Virus record (IMG/VR): IMGVR_UViG_3300020472_001862
Location: 96,001-160,000 of that record
From: a virus
Reading direction: 5' to 3' (one strand)
Length of the DNA: 64,000 bases
Under the pieces are notes generated by a model. It was not told the origin of the DNA. It saw nothing but the letters and a program-made list of their open reading frames with translations, and did no database searches. A program made the translations under genes and the position numbers. Below, one piece after another: positions 1 to 10,345 of this stretch (within the stretch, counting starts at the first letter, position 1; each line of letters starts with the position of its first letter).

Positions 1-639
1 AAAAGATTCTTTGCTGCTGATAATATTTCTAAATACATTCACCCAGGTGAGACTGCAGAATTAATTGAAGAACTAGAAGTAGCCTTTGAACAAGTTTTAC
101 AAAGTCTTATTATTGATACAACAAACGACCCTAATAGTATGGGTACAGCACATCGTCTAGCTAAGATGTATATAAATGAAATCATGGGTGGTAGATACAA
201 ACCTGATCCTAGGATTACAGCATTTCCTAACGATGGACAATACGATCAATTGATTGTAGTTAGAGCAGACATTAAAAGTATGTGCTCTCATCATCACCAG
301 CCGGTTAGTGGTACATGTTATATAGGCTGTATGCCTGGTGAGGAAGTTATTGGACTTTCTAAATACACTAGAGTTGCACAGCATCTATCTAATCGTGGAC
401 ACTTACAAGAAGAACTAACAGAAATGATAGGCGAAAGGATTGAAAAACTTACAAAGTCTAAAGCTGTTGGTGTTTATATTAAAGCAAGGCATGGTTGTTG
501 TGAGAACAGAGGTATATTGGCAAGCAATAGCTCTACACAAACAACTGTCTTAAAAGGTGAACTAAAAACTAATCCTTCTCTTAAAGAAGAGTTTATGGAT
601 AATATTAAGTTACAGGAAATGGGAAATGGATACCTCTAA
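1..639 (+). CDS. folE: GTP cyclohydrolase I (5'-truncated by the window edge)
   Basis: Frame is open from base 1 (KRFFAADNISKY...). Motifs SMCSHHHQP, IGLSKYTR, LQEELT, ARHGCCENRG. Confidence 0.93.
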   Translation, partial: KRFFAADNISKYIHPGETAELIEELEVAFEQVLQSLIIDTTNDPNSMGTAHRLAKMYINEIMGGRYKPDPRITAFPNDGQYDQLIVVRADIKSMCSHHHQPVSGTCYIGCMPGEEVIGLSKYTRVAQHLSNRGHLQEELTEMIGERIEKLTKSKAVGVYIKARHGCCENRGILASNSSTQTTVLKGELKTNPSLKEEFMDNIKLQEMGNGYL

Positions 640-1132
640 ACAAGTAGTCGTTGACTTAGAAACATTAAGCATACATCCTAATGCGTGTATCGTATCTATT
701 GGTGCAGTACTAATAGAAGATATGGAAATTACAGATACATTTTATATTAATGTTGACGGTAGAACATGTAAAGAGGCAGGCCTACATATAGATCCTGACA
801 CAATTAAATGGTGGGGAGAACAAAGTAAAGAGGCACAAGAGGCTTGGCAAAAAAATCCTGTTCCTTTACAAGAAGCAATAGATAAGTTTACATTGTGGTA
901 TGGCAAAGAGTCTATTCCTATTTGGGGGTACGGTGCTAACTTTGATGTAGTAATATTAGAGAGTGCTTACAGAGCCTTAGACATGAATATCCCTTGGAAG
1001 TTCTGGGACATATCATGTTTAAGAACATTAATGAATGTCTTAGATAAAAGATTACCTAAGGCAAACAATCACAATGCGTTAGATGATGCTACGGCAGAGG
1101 CAAAAGTATTAATTGAGATATTGAAATCATGA
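626..1132 (+). CDS. DEDDh 3'-5' exonuclease (DexA/ExoVIII-like)
   Basis: VVDLETL, WGYGANFD, HNALDDA motifs. Confidence 0.85.
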   Translation: MDTSKQVVVDLETLSIHPNACIVSIGAVLIEDMEITDTFYINVDGRTCKEAGLHIDPDTIKWWGEQSKEAQEAWQKNPVPLQEAIDKFTLWYGKESIPIWGYGANFDVVILESAYRALDMNIPWKFWDISCLRTLMNVLDKRLPKANNHNALDDATAEAKVLIEILKS

Positions 1133-2397
1133 GTAGAAAATTAGATTATGTAGTATCAGGTACTTCTTATATGAGATTTAGTAATCCTGGTATAGCAAAA
1201 GACGAAACAAATTCACAAATTATTAATATGCTAATAGACAAGCTGGTAACAGATGTCCATAGTCATAAATTTTCTATGCTTTACAATGGACATACCGAGT
1301 CTAGCTTTGGAGATAGATTCACAGCATATAAAGATCATGTACATGAAATACATGCAGACTCAGGTGGGTTACAAATTGTTACACAAGGCATGACTATCAC
1401 AGATGAATTGAAAGACAAAGTATATGAGAACCAGGCGGAGTGGGCAGATGTAGGAATGTGCTTTGATGAGATACCTGTTATACTTACAGGCGACAGATCA
1501 GATAGGAACGATACAAAAGCTAGGTTCTTTGACTTTGAAAACTATGAAGAACTAGCTCGTAAGACAGGTAGGAATGTTAAAAGACAACTAGAAATATTTG
1601 ATAAGGCAGATAGTAAATGTAAACCTTATATTATCTTACAAGGTAATTGTGTTGACACATATCTTAGATGGTATGAATGTTTAATGGAAGAAGTTCCTGC
1701 AGAATGGCATGATAGAATTGGTGGCGTAGCAATGGGAGCAGCAGCTCTAGGCACAGGTCCACTTGAAGATGTTAAACGAGCCTTTATTGCTAGTGAGATT
1801 GCTAAAGTATGGCCACAAGAAACTATGCACTTACATGTATTAGGAGTAGGCAGTATTAGGCGTATGATTCCATATCTAGTCTTTTGTCAGAATGGTTTGT
1901 ATGATAATGTAGAAATATCTTATGACTCTACAACTCATAGTAGGGCGGTTGAGACAGGTTTATACTACATGGGACAAGGCACAACTAAGTTTAGCAGAAA
2001 GATGTCTAATTTGTATCGAGAAATGTATGATAATGTGCAGGAAACGATCCAATTAGGCGTAGAATTAGACGAATTCCACACCATTATGAACACACCTAGC
2101 ATGAAAGCTAAAGAGAAATATGGCAATCTAAACAAGTGGATATATGTTAGAACAGCATTTATCCTTATGTCCATTAGAAACTTCATGGCACATCTAGAAC
2201 AGATGATGAATGACAAAGAAACCTTATTGAAGTTTACGGGTAAGATGAAACTTGACGGCCAGTTCAGGAACCTCTATAATGTAACTAATCGTGAGCAATT
2301 TGATGCTTGGGAAAATAACCAGTACTTAGGTGGCAGTATGAAGAGTATGGCTGTTGGTACAGAGGCACCTAGTAGTTTAGAGGATTTATTCACATGA
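1129..2397 (+). CDS. dpdA: TGT-fold 7-deazaguanine DNA transglycosylase (DpdA-like)
   Basis: ADSGGLQ, MCFDEIP, ILQG, HLHVLGVGS, SYDSTT motifs; lies among folE/queD. Confidence 0.78.
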   Translation: MSRKLDYVVSGTSYMRFSNPGIAKDETNSQIINMLIDKLVTDVHSHKFSMLYNGHTESSFGDRFTAYKDHVHEIHADSGGLQIVTQGMTITDELKDKVYENQAEWADVGMCFDEIPVILTGDRSDRNDTKARFFDFENYEELARKTGRNVKRQLEIFDKADSKCKPYIILQGNCVDTYLRWYECLMEEVPAEWHDRIGGVAMGAAALGTGPLEDVKRAFIASEIAKVWPQETMHLHVLGVGSIRRMIPYLVFCQNGLYDNVEISYDSTTHSRAVETGLYYMGQGTTKFSRKMSNLYREMYDNVQETIQLGVELDEFHTIMNTPSMKAKEKYGNLNKWIYVRTAFILMSIRNFMAHLEQMMNDKETLLKFTGKMKLDGQFRNLYNVTNREQFDAWENNQYLGGSMKSMAVGTEAPSSLEDLFT

Positions 2398-2537
2398 TAG
2401 ATAAAGTAAAAGAAAATATAGAATTTTGTAAATGTAATTGGAAAGCCTTGTTTATAGGTAGTTTCTGTATGCACTTTATATTCGACTGGATTATATTTGG
2501 ATTGGGTGTAACATTAGGTATGCACATAGGACACTAA
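2394..2537 (+). CDS. 47-aa predicted membrane protein (not in ORF track)
   Basis: ATGA overlap with the dpdA stop; MIDKVKENIEFCKCNWKALFIGSFCMHFIFDWIIFGLGVTLGMHIGH; ends just before the next ATG (2539). Confidence 0.6.
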   Translation: MIDKVKENIEFCKCNWKALFIGSFCMHFIFDWIIFGLGVTLGMHIGH

Positions 2538-2538
2538 C

Positions 2539-3096
2539 ATGAATATATTTTTACTTAATGAGAATCCATTACTATGTGCAGAACAACATTGTGATAAGCA
2601 TGTTGTTAAAATGGTAATTGAATACGCACAGCTCATGTGTACAGCACATAGGTATTTAGACGGAGAACTATATGGCGAACTTACAGACAAAGGTAGAAAA
2701 ATTAAAAGATGGCGACACCCAAACACTTGTATGGAGGCTACTTTATACAAGGCAAGCCATGTCAACCATCCAGATGGTTTGTGGGTTAGAAATAGTTCTG
2801 CCAATTATGACTATCTATATGATCTATGGTTTAAACTATGTAAAGAATATACTCATAGGTATGGTAGGCTACACTTAACACAAGAAAAACTAGAACACTT
2901 GTTAAAGTTTGCTCCTAAGAATATTCCATTTGCTACTGAGGCAGATGTAAAAGGATTACCATTGGCAATGCCTGATGATGTAAAAGGTAAGAGTGTAGTC
3001 AACTCTTATCGTAGGTATTATAACAAATACAAAATTGACTTTGCTAATTATACAAACAGGGAGAAACCAGAATGGCTATTGCAAACAGGTACATAA
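2539..3096 (+). CDS. pyrimidine-dimer DNA glycosylase / DenV-related protein
   Basis: MNIFLL..CAEQHCDKHVVKMVIEYAQL..AH, HxNHP, EYTHRYGR, PLAMP pattern. Confidence 0.75.
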   Translation: MNIFLLNENPLLCAEQHCDKHVVKMVIEYAQLMCTAHRYLDGELYGELTDKGRKIKRWRHPNTCMEATLYKASHVNHPDGLWVRNSSANYDYLYDLWFKLCKEYTHRYGRLHLTQEKLEHLLKFAPKNIPFATEADVKGLPLAMPDDVKGKSVVNSYRRYYNKYKIDFANYTNREKPEWLLQTGT

Positions 3097-3458
3097 AAGT
3101 ATCATTCCAAAGAGAAGGTGTACATAAATTTCCAGGAGCTGATACAAATCCTGATTATGCTACAGGTGACTGGCGTGATGTTAGTTTCCTAGGTTATCCT
3201 CATAGACACATATTCCATTTTTATGTAACACTAGGTGTTTCTCATAACGATAGAGATGTAGAGTTCATACAATTTAAGCGTGAACTAGAAAGACAGTTTG
3301 AACAAGGAACATTACAACTAGATTACCAGTCTTGTGAGATGGTAGCAGAAAATCTTATAAATTATATAGAAGAGCAGTATCCTAATCGTGCAGTAAGAGT
3401 TGAAGTGTATGAAGATAATGAAAATGGAGGCATACTAGAGAATGATTTATTTAATTGA
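3072..3458 (+). CDS. QueD-like T-fold paralog, candidate CDG decarboxylase (DpdL-like)
   Basis: LGYPHRHIF, RDVEFI, SCEMVAE and VEVYEDNENG motifs; second T-fold gene in the deazaguanine cluster. Confidence 0.65.
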   Translation: MAIANRYIKVSFQREGVHKFPGADTNPDYATGDWRDVSFLGYPHRHIFHFYVTLGVSHNDRDVEFIQFKRELERQFEQGTLQLDYQSCEMVAENLINYIEEQYPNRAVRVEVYEDNENGGILENDLFN

Positions 3459-4503
3459 TTTAGAATATGTCGAGACACGATACACAGCACAATGGAAGAC
3501 AGAATTTCCTCAGCAAATAGCAGATCAAACAGAACAAGACATAACTGTTATTGAAGGTCCAGAAGAGATAGCAGCGTGTACAACACCAGGTGCCTTCTTA
3601 AACTTTGCAGGCACAAACATATACAAGTCAGAACAAGTAAAACTTCTTGCAGAATATTTTAACAACAATCAGATTAAGAACGGAGATCATTTTGTCTTTG
3701 CAGACGCTTGGCATCCAGGTATTATTAATCTTAAATACATGTTAGATTTATTTCAGATAGATGCAACAATACATGCACTATGGCATGCAGGTAGTTATGA
3801 CCCTCAGGATTTTTTAGGTAGATTAATTGGTAATAAAAAGTGGGTAAGGCATACAGAACTAGCATTGTTTGATGCTATAGATAAAAACTATTTTGCTAGT
3901 AACTTTCATATAGAATTATTTGTAGGTGTCTTCTTTGGTCCTGATGATGAAGAATATATTAATAGTAAAATTGTTAGAACAGGTTGGCCTATGGAATACT
4001 TAGGCAACTACATAAGGCCAGATAGATTGGAAAAAGAAAATATTATTCTATTCCCTCATAGAGATGCACCTGAAAAACAATTAAATATATTTAAAGACTT
4101 AGAAAAAGAATTGCCACAGTATAAATGGATTAATTGTAATGAATATAATCTAACAAAACCAGAATATAATCAGTTACTTGAACAATCCAAGATGGTTTTC
4201 TCAGCAAACCTACAAGAAACATTAGGTATTAGCTGTTATGAGATACTAAGAGCAGGAGGTATGCCTTTAGTTCCTAATAGATTATCATACAAAGAAATGT
4301 ATGAGGACATATTTAAATATCCTACACAATTTACACTAGACTGGAAAGGATATCAGGACAACAAAAGTATTCTATTAGGTAAAATAGAAACAATGATGGA
4401 AAATTTTAATTCACCTGAAATACAAGGTGCAATTAAGAGTAATAGAGACATGCTAGAGGAACAATATTTCTCGGCAACAAATTTATATCAGGAGTTAAGA
4501 TGA
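3442..4503 (+). CDS. GT-B fold glycosyltransferase
   Basis: HAGSYD, FPHR..PEKQ and QETLGIS..E (EX7E) signature. Confidence 0.75.
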   Translation: MIYLIDLEYVETRYTAQWKTEFPQQIADQTEQDITVIEGPEEIAACTTPGAFLNFAGTNIYKSEQVKLLAEYFNNNQIKNGDHFVFADAWHPGIINLKYMLDLFQIDATIHALWHAGSYDPQDFLGRLIGNKKWVRHTELALFDAIDKNYFASNFHIELFVGVFFGPDDEEYINSKIVRTGWPMEYLGNYIRPDRLEKENIILFPHRDAPEKQLNIFKDLEKELPQYKWINCNEYNLTKPEYNQLLEQSKMVFSANLQETLGISCYEILRAGGMPLVPNRLSYKEMYEDIFKYPTQFTLDWKGYQDNKSILLGKIETMMENFNSPEIQGAIKSNRDMLEEQYFSATNLYQELR

Positions 4504-4955
4504 GAGATTACAAATACTATTCAACAAAAACTTATGGACATGAGGAAGGACTTTCATGTATGTTTAGACAGCCTTTAGCAACGCATAGTCATTGTAGCTT
4601 ACTACATGGTTACGCTTTGTCTTTTAGTTTTAAGTTTGGTTGTAACCACCTTGATGATAAAAATTGGGTAGTTGATTTTGGAGACTTAAAAGATCTTAAG
4701 GCATGGTTAAAAGATTCTTTTGATCATAAACATGCAGTAGCAAAAGACGATGAACACTTAAATTACTTCTTAGAGATAGAACAAAAAGGATTATCAGAAG
4801 TGAGAGTAATGAATGGTGTAGGTTGTGAGAAGTTTGCAGAACAAGCATTCCATTTCGCAGATGATTTAGTTAAGAAGAAAACAGAAGGCAGGTGTTACGC
4901 TGTCTCATGTGAAGTTCGGGAACACGGGGCTAACAGCGCTATATACGAGGGCTAA
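4500..4955 (+). CDS. queD: 6-carboxytetrahydropterin synthase
   Basis: HCSLLHGY, WVVDFGDLK..LKDSFDH, GCEKFAE, EVRE motifs. Confidence 0.88.
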   Translation: MRDYKYYSTKTYGHEEGLSCMFRQPLATHSHCSLLHGYALSFSFKFGCNHLDDKNWVVDFGDLKDLKAWLKDSFDHKHAVAKDDEHLNYFLEIEQKGLSEVRVMNGVGCEKFAEQAFHFADDLVKKKTEGRCYAVSCEVREHGANSAIYEG

Positions 4956-4958
4956 CTT

Positions 4959-6020
4959 ATGAAAGTAGCTCTAGTTACAGACACCCATTTTGGTGCCAGG
5001 AGTGATAGTTTAGCTTTTGATGCTTACTTTGCTAAGTTTTATGACGAGACATTCTTTCCTTACTTAAAAGAACATGACATTAAAACTGTATGCCATCTAG
5101 GCGACATATTTGATAGACGAAAGTATATAAATTTTAATACATTACGGTCTTGTAAAAGATACTTCTTTAAACAGGCTGAGGATATGGGAATAGATATCCA
5201 TATGATTCCTGGTAATCATGATACCTATTTTAAAAATACAAATGATGTAAACAGCCCTGACTTATTGTTAGGAGAATATAACAACATAACATTATATCAA
5301 GAACCAACAGAAATAATGTTAGATAGAGAGAAGGTTTTATACCTTCCATGGATATGTGGAGAAAATTATGACAGGACTATGGCCAAAATTAAAGAGTCTG
5401 ACGCAAAGACTTGCTTCGGACATTTCGAGTTCGCAGGTTACTTCCTTTTGCCTGGAATGCCTAATCTCCATGGCATGGATACTGACGCTTTTAGTGACTT
5501 TGATCTTGTGGTCAGTGGCCATTTTCATCATAGGCATAGCAGAGGGAATATTACATATATGGGCAACCCTTATGAAATCACTTGGTCTGACTATAAAGAC
5601 CCTAGAGGTTTCGCCATATATGACACGGTTAAAAGAGATTTGGAGTACATCAATAACCCGTTTAGAATCTTCCACAAGATTTATTACGACGATTCAGATT
5701 TCGAGGGGAGCAATGCCATTAGCAATTTTGATTTTACTAGTGTCGTTGGTTCTAATGTTAAATTAATTGTTAACAAAAAGACTGACTACAAAAAATTTGA
5801 TGACTTTGTAGACAAATTATACACATGCAATTTAATTGATCTAAAAATTATAGAAGACTTCTCAGAGTTTGAAGATGAAGCTCTAGGAGAGGATATAGAT
5901 TTAGAAGATACAATGACATTATTAAAAGAATATGTTGATGTCGTTGAAACGGATTTAGACAAACAACGGATTAAGAATTTATTACAAAGCCTTTATATCG
6001 AGGCACAAGATACTACATGA
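4959..6020 (+). CDS. 47: recombination endonuclease subunit (Mre11/SbcD-like), T4 gp47
   Basis: DTHFG, HLGDIFD, PGNHD, GHFE, SGHFH metallophosphoesterase motifs; precedes gp46. Confidence 0.95.
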   Translation: MKVALVTDTHFGARSDSLAFDAYFAKFYDETFFPYLKEHDIKTVCHLGDIFDRRKYINFNTLRSCKRYFFKQAEDMGIDIHMIPGNHDTYFKNTNDVNSPDLLLGEYNNITLYQEPTEIMLDREKVLYLPWICGENYDRTMAKIKESDAKTCFGHFEFAGYFLLPGMPNLHGMDTDAFSDFDLVVSGHFHHRHSRGNITYMGNPYEITWSDYKDPRGFAIYDTVKRDLEYINNPFRIFHKIYYDDSDFEGSNAISNFDFTSVVGSNVKLIVNKKTDYKKFDDFVDKLYTCNLIDLKIIEDFSEFEDEALGEDIDLEDTMTLLKEYVDVVETDLDKQRIKNLLQSLYIEAQDTT

Positions 6021-7690
6021 TACAATTTAATACAATTAAGTGGAAAAACTTTTTGTCTACAGGTAATGCTTGGACAGAAGTAAAACTAGATCATTCCCCT
6101 AGTACATTAGTCGTAGGTGAGAATGGAAGTGGTAAGTCTACATTATTAGATGCCTTGACTTTTGCTTTGTTTAATAAACCTTTTAGAACAGTTTCCAAAC
6201 CTCAGCTTATTAATACTATTAATGGCAAGAATTGTTTAGTAGAAATATCATTTAGTATAGGCACAAAGAACTATACTATTAAGAGAGGACTACAACCTAG
6301 AGTATTTGATATTACAATTAATGGAGACTTGTTAGATAAGAATGCCAACATAAGAGACTTCCAGAAATATCTAGAAGAGAATATTCTTAAACTTAATTAC
6401 AAATCTTTTACACAAATTGTTATGTTAGGTAGTGCCTCATTTACACCTTTTATGCAGTTACACTTAGGTGCTAGGCGAGAGATCATTGAGGATATATTAG
6501 ACATCAGTATCTTTACAAGTATGAATGCTGTACTTAAAAGCAAACTTACACAATTAGAAAACGATAAAAGAATTGTTGAAGGTGAGATAGATGTAGCAAG
6601 GCAGAAAGCAAATATTCAAGAAACATATATAAAAACATTGGAGGATGATAAGTCCTCTAAAGTCACACAGATCTTAAAAGACATTAAGGAGACAGATAGT
6701 GCGATCGAGGAAGCTCATGAAGAGGCATCAAGACTCACAAAGGAGAAGCAGGAGGTTGGTCCTGTTACGGAAAAGAAAAGAAAACTTGAAGAATTTAGAA
6801 GTAAGTTCGAAGGACAAGTCAGTAAGCACAGAAAAGAATTAGAATTTTTTCACAACACAGACGAGTGTCCTACATGCCAGCAAGGTATAGAACACGATCA
6901 TAAAGAATTAATGACGCAGAGAGATGAAGAAAAGATCTCAGAACTTGAAAAGGCTCTACAAGAACTGGATACGCAGTATAGCGAGGTAGAAGTATTAGTA
7001 CAAAAGGTTCAAGAGTTAGACGAAAAGATAATGGAAACAAACAATGAAGTCATTGCACAACAAAGAATACAACAACGATTACAATTAGAACTTAGTGATA
7101 CAGAACATAAGACAGGTAACATCACTGAGGAAAAGAAAAAACTTAAAACACTTGCAAAGGATACAATTAAAAAAGTTGAAAGTAGAAGTGAACTAAGTAA
7201 CAATGAACACTATTATTCTGTCTGTAAATCTATGTTACAGGATACCGGAATCAAGACAAAGATTATTAAGGCATATCTTCCTATAATAAATAAATTAGTT
7301 AACAAATATCTAGCAGCGATGGATTTCTTTGTGCAGTTTGATTTAGATGAAACATTTAAAGAAACAATTAAGTCTAGACACAGAGATAAATTTAGTTATG
7401 CCTCATTTAGTGAAGGTGAAAAACAAAGAATAGATTTAGCCTTAGTGTTTACATGGAGAACTATTGCTAAGATGAAAAATAGCGCTAGTACTAATCTGTT
7501 ATTACTTGATGAAGTGTTTGATAGTTCCTTGGATAACAATGGTACAGAATTTGTTATGAACTTGTTAAACACTATTGGCGAAGATACAAATGTCTTTGTA
7601 ATCTCGCACAAGGGTGATCAACTGTTTGATAAATTCAGAGGTGTTATTAAATTTGAGAAGAGGCAGAACTATTCTGTAATAGCAAAGTGA
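6017..7690 (+). CDS. 46: recombination ATPase subunit (Rad50/SbcC-like), T4 gp46
   Basis: GENGSGKS, CPTC zinc hook, FSEGE, LLLLDEVFD, ISH. Confidence 0.96.
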   Translation: MIQFNTIKWKNFLSTGNAWTEVKLDHSPSTLVVGENGSGKSTLLDALTFALFNKPFRTVSKPQLINTINGKNCLVEISFSIGTKNYTIKRGLQPRVFDITINGDLLDKNANIRDFQKYLEENILKLNYKSFTQIVMLGSASFTPFMQLHLGARREIIEDILDISIFTSMNAVLKSKLTQLENDKRIVEGEIDVARQKANIQETYIKTLEDDKSSKVTQILKDIKETDSAIEEAHEEASRLTKEKQEVGPVTEKKRKLEEFRSKFEGQVSKHRKELEFFHNTDECPTCQQGIEHDHKELMTQRDEEKISELEKALQELDTQYSEVEVLVQKVQELDEKIMETNNEVIAQQRIQQRLQLELSDTEHKTGNITEEKKKLKTLAKDTIKKVESRSELSNNEHYYSVCKSMLQDTGIKTKIIKAYLPIINKLVNKYLAAMDFFVQFDLDETFKETIKSRHRDKFSYASFSEGEKQRIDLALVFTWRTIAKMKNSASTNLLLLDEVFDSSLDNNGTEFVMNLLNTIGEDTNVFVISHKGDQLFDKFRGVIKFEKRQNYSVIAK

Positions 7691-7697
7691 AGACAAC

Positions 7698-8780
7698 ATG
7701 AATAATATTAAAATTATTTTGAGAAACCCATTACAAGTAAAGGTCCAAGAAGGATATAGTGACTTTTTAGAATACACTATTATACCTTCAGATACACCTA
7801 TTAAAGAAGCATGGTTAGATAAACTTAGAGATATACTTAGACAAAACTTACCTATTGATAATGACTTTTGCCACTTAGGTTTCCCACAGACACATAGGGA
7901 CTTACCTTTTTTGTGCAATAGACTTAATGATTGTAAAAGAATAATAAATGAATTTCCTTGGGAAGACTTTGTACTTAGACCTATAGAAATAACAGAAACA
8001 TTTACGCCTGAATTGGTTGTAAATAATGAGTCTGAATTTACAGGCATCACAGGAGGAGCAGATGATTGGGTTAATCATGATGTGATGAATAAACTTCACA
8101 ACTATTTTGAGAAAATGAATGGCACAATAGAAAATCCTTCTCCCTATATAGCAGCAGCACAAAAATGGCCAGAGATAATAATTGATGATGTTGTACATTA
8201 TCCTAAAAATGTAGATCAAAACACACCATGCGCACAGGCAATAAAAGATTTAAATTTAGTATGTCATGAGATGGAATCATTAATCAACGCACAGAAAGCA
8301 GGACTAGATGCTACTGCAACAACTATTGTTCAATGGAATAGATCAGATAGATGGCCTTTAGAGGACTATATGAGAGATGGATTTTTAGAAAATAGATACA
8401 AAAGAGTTCCAGGAGGAGTATATTTACATTGGAGTCAAGTAGGTAAAACATTATTAGAAGTATTTAATGATGAGGGTGCTCCTAAATTAGATAAAGCAAC
8501 ATGCGAGGCTATAACACATTTAGATTATTATAGTTCCATGTTTGATATACATTGGGGGCCTGAACAAGATTGGGCACCACATGAATTTTGGCCTTGGTTA
8601 GAAGAGAATGGATTTGATCCTAACGATAAATATCTATCATTAGGATTTATGCCAATAGGCCAAGTAGACTTAGAACACTCTTTCGGAACGGTAGATCCCA
8701 AGAAAATTTTAGCTATTAAAGGCAGGTATCTACATATACATAGTATAGAGTTCGACGGTATTAAAGCTGTGTATGAGTAA
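7698..8780 (+). CDS. hypothetical protein (paralog of 35146..35895)
   Basis: 360-aa ORF sharing MNKLHxYF, PGxxYxxxxxVGK and xGxxPxxxx blocks with the 35 kb ORF. Confidence 0.75.
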   Translation: MNNIKIILRNPLQVKVQEGYSDFLEYTIIPSDTPIKEAWLDKLRDILRQNLPIDNDFCHLGFPQTHRDLPFLCNRLNDCKRIINEFPWEDFVLRPIEITETFTPELVVNNESEFTGITGGADDWVNHDVMNKLHNYFEKMNGTIENPSPYIAAAQKWPEIIIDDVVHYPKNVDQNTPCAQAIKDLNLVCHEMESLINAQKAGLDATATTIVQWNRSDRWPLEDYMRDGFLENRYKRVPGGVYLHWSQVGKTLLEVFNDEGAPKLDKATCEAITHLDYYSSMFDIHWGPEQDWAPHEFWPWLEENGFDPNDKYLSLGFMPIGQVDLEHSFGTVDPKKILAIKGRYLHIHSIEFDGIKAVYE

Positions 8781-9066
8781 AGGGAGTAAGCGTAGACCTG
8801 GTAAAGGCTATGAAGATAATTGGGACTTAATTTTTAAAAGGAAGAAAATGATAGAAATATATGGAAAACCAAGATGTCCATTTTGTGATAGAGCTAAAGC
8901 ACTATGTGAACAGAAAGGATTAGAATACGAATACAAAATGTTAGATGCAGATTTTACTGCTGAGGAAATGTTTGAAAGAGCGCCTAATGCTAAAACATTC
9001 CCACAAATTTTTATAGATGGTGAATCTATTGGCGGGTACACCGAGTTGGAGAAACTACATGGCTGA
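8773..9066 (+). CDS. glutaredoxin (Grx domain starts at ATG 8848, after a basic 25-aa extension)
   Basis: IYGKPRCPFC, TFPQIF, IGGY. Confidence 0.9.
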   Translation: MSKGSKRRPGKGYEDNWDLIFKRKKMIEIYGKPRCPFCDRAKALCEQKGLEYEYKMLDADFTAEEMFERAPNAKTFPQIFIDGESIGGYTELEKLHG

Positions 9067-9421
9067 GTTTACCGGCACAGGCTATATTGCTTTGCCAACA
9101 ACAGTACATATAAAGGACAGTCCTATCCATGGACAAGGTCTTTTTGCTAAGGAAGATATTCCTTTAGACACAGAGCTAGGAGAGGCGCATGCTTTTCTAA
9201 TGCAGGACTTTCAAGATGGTGTATGGGCTAGAAAAACATGGATGAGAACTCCTTTAGGAGCTTTTATTAATCATAGCGATACACCTAATGCTATTGTAGA
9301 AGTAAGAACGCCTGTAGAGTTTCCTAATACAACAACACTGATTACAACAACTAATATTTTAGCTGGCGAAGAAATAACAGTATCATATGATGAAGGTACA
9401 TTTTCATTACTAGGACTATGA
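9059..9421 (+). CDS. SET-domain protein 1
   Basis: SPIHGQGLFA, RTPLGAFINHSDTPN, GEEITVSY. Start moved to ATG 9059. Confidence 0.88.
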   Translation: MAEFTGTGYIALPTTVHIKDSPIHGQGLFAKEDIPLDTELGEAHAFLMQDFQDGVWARKTWMRTPLGAFINHSDTPNAIVEVRTPVEFPNTTTLITTTNILAGEEITVSYDEGTFSLLGL

Positions 9422-9771
9422 GTTTTGATAAAGACACTTATCGTCCTTTACCAAAAGGTTTAACGATAAAAGAATCTAAAATAGATGGATTAGGGTTACA
9501 TGCTTCTATGCCTCATAGTGCAGGTACAAAGTTTGGCGAGACACATGTATTAGTACATAGTAGAGATAGACACGAGTGGGTAAGAACACCCTTAGGAGGT
9601 TTTATAAATCATAGTAATAATCCTAATTGTTTTATAACAACAGAAGCAGGTGATAGAACATTATATGCTATAAAACCTATTAAAAAAGGAGATGAACTAA
9701 CAGTCTTTTATAGGTTTAAAGGTTATGATGGAATAATAAATAGCGATATACAACCAGATGTAGGCGGTTAA
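9418..9771 (+). CDS. SET-domain protein 2
   Basis: SKIDGLGLHA, RTPLGGFINHSNNPNC, GDELTVFY. Confidence 0.9.
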   Translation: MSFDKDTYRPLPKGLTIKESKIDGLGLHASMPHSAGTKFGETHVLVHSRDRHEWVRTPLGGFINHSNNPNCFITTEAGDRTLYAIKPIKKGDELTVFYRFKGYDGIINSDIQPDVGG

Positions 9772-9772
9772 C

Positions 9773-10345
9773 ATGGAAGAAATGAAATTAACAGAAACAG
9801 AACACACAGATTTAGATGAATTACATTTATTGCCTTTTACTGATCCTTTATTGAAAAGAAAACCTAAACCCTTTGACTTTGATAAAGAAGATGCTAAGGC
9901 AATTAAAGATAAATTGATTGCCAAGATGTATGAACTTGGTGGAGTAGGACTTTCAGCCAATCAAGTAGGTATAGATAGAGCTGTCTTTGTTGTAGGTGAT
10001 GGCCAAATAGATGGAATGCAAAAAGCATTCTTTAATCCTGAAATACTAGGTATAGGAAAAGAGATGGAGTCAATGAAAGAAGGCTGTTTATCTTTTCCAG
10101 GCTTATGGCTTATGGTAAGTAGACCTAAACAGGCTATGATAAAATATTGGGACGAAGAAGGCGAAGAACATATGGAAACTTATGAGGGTGTAACTAGTCG
10201 TGTTATACAACATGAGTATGATCACATGCTAGGACATAATTTTACTCATAGAGTATCTAAAATAAAATTAGACCGTGCTTTTAAGGCCCTAGATAAGAAG
10301 GTTAAGAAGTACCAAAGACGACAAGCACAGGCCAAACAGGCATAA
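9773..10345 (+). CDS. def: peptide deformylase
   Basis: GVGLSANQVG, EGCLS, QHEYDH. Confidence 0.95.
   Translation: MEEMKLTETEHTDLDELHLLPFTDPLLKRKPKPFDFDKEDAKAIKDKLIAKMYELGGVGLSANQVGIDRAVFVVGDGQIDGMQKAFFNPEILGIGKEMESMKEGCLSFPGLWLMVSRPKQAMIKYWDEEGEEHMETYEGVTSRVIQHEYDHMLGHNFTHRVSKIKLDRAFKALDKKVKKYQRRQAQAKQA

Noticed and set aside
1129-2397. tRNA-guanine transglycosylase for queuosine
   Set aside because: I see no CxCxxC zinc motif and no queA/queG. The phage context favours DNA-acting DpdA.
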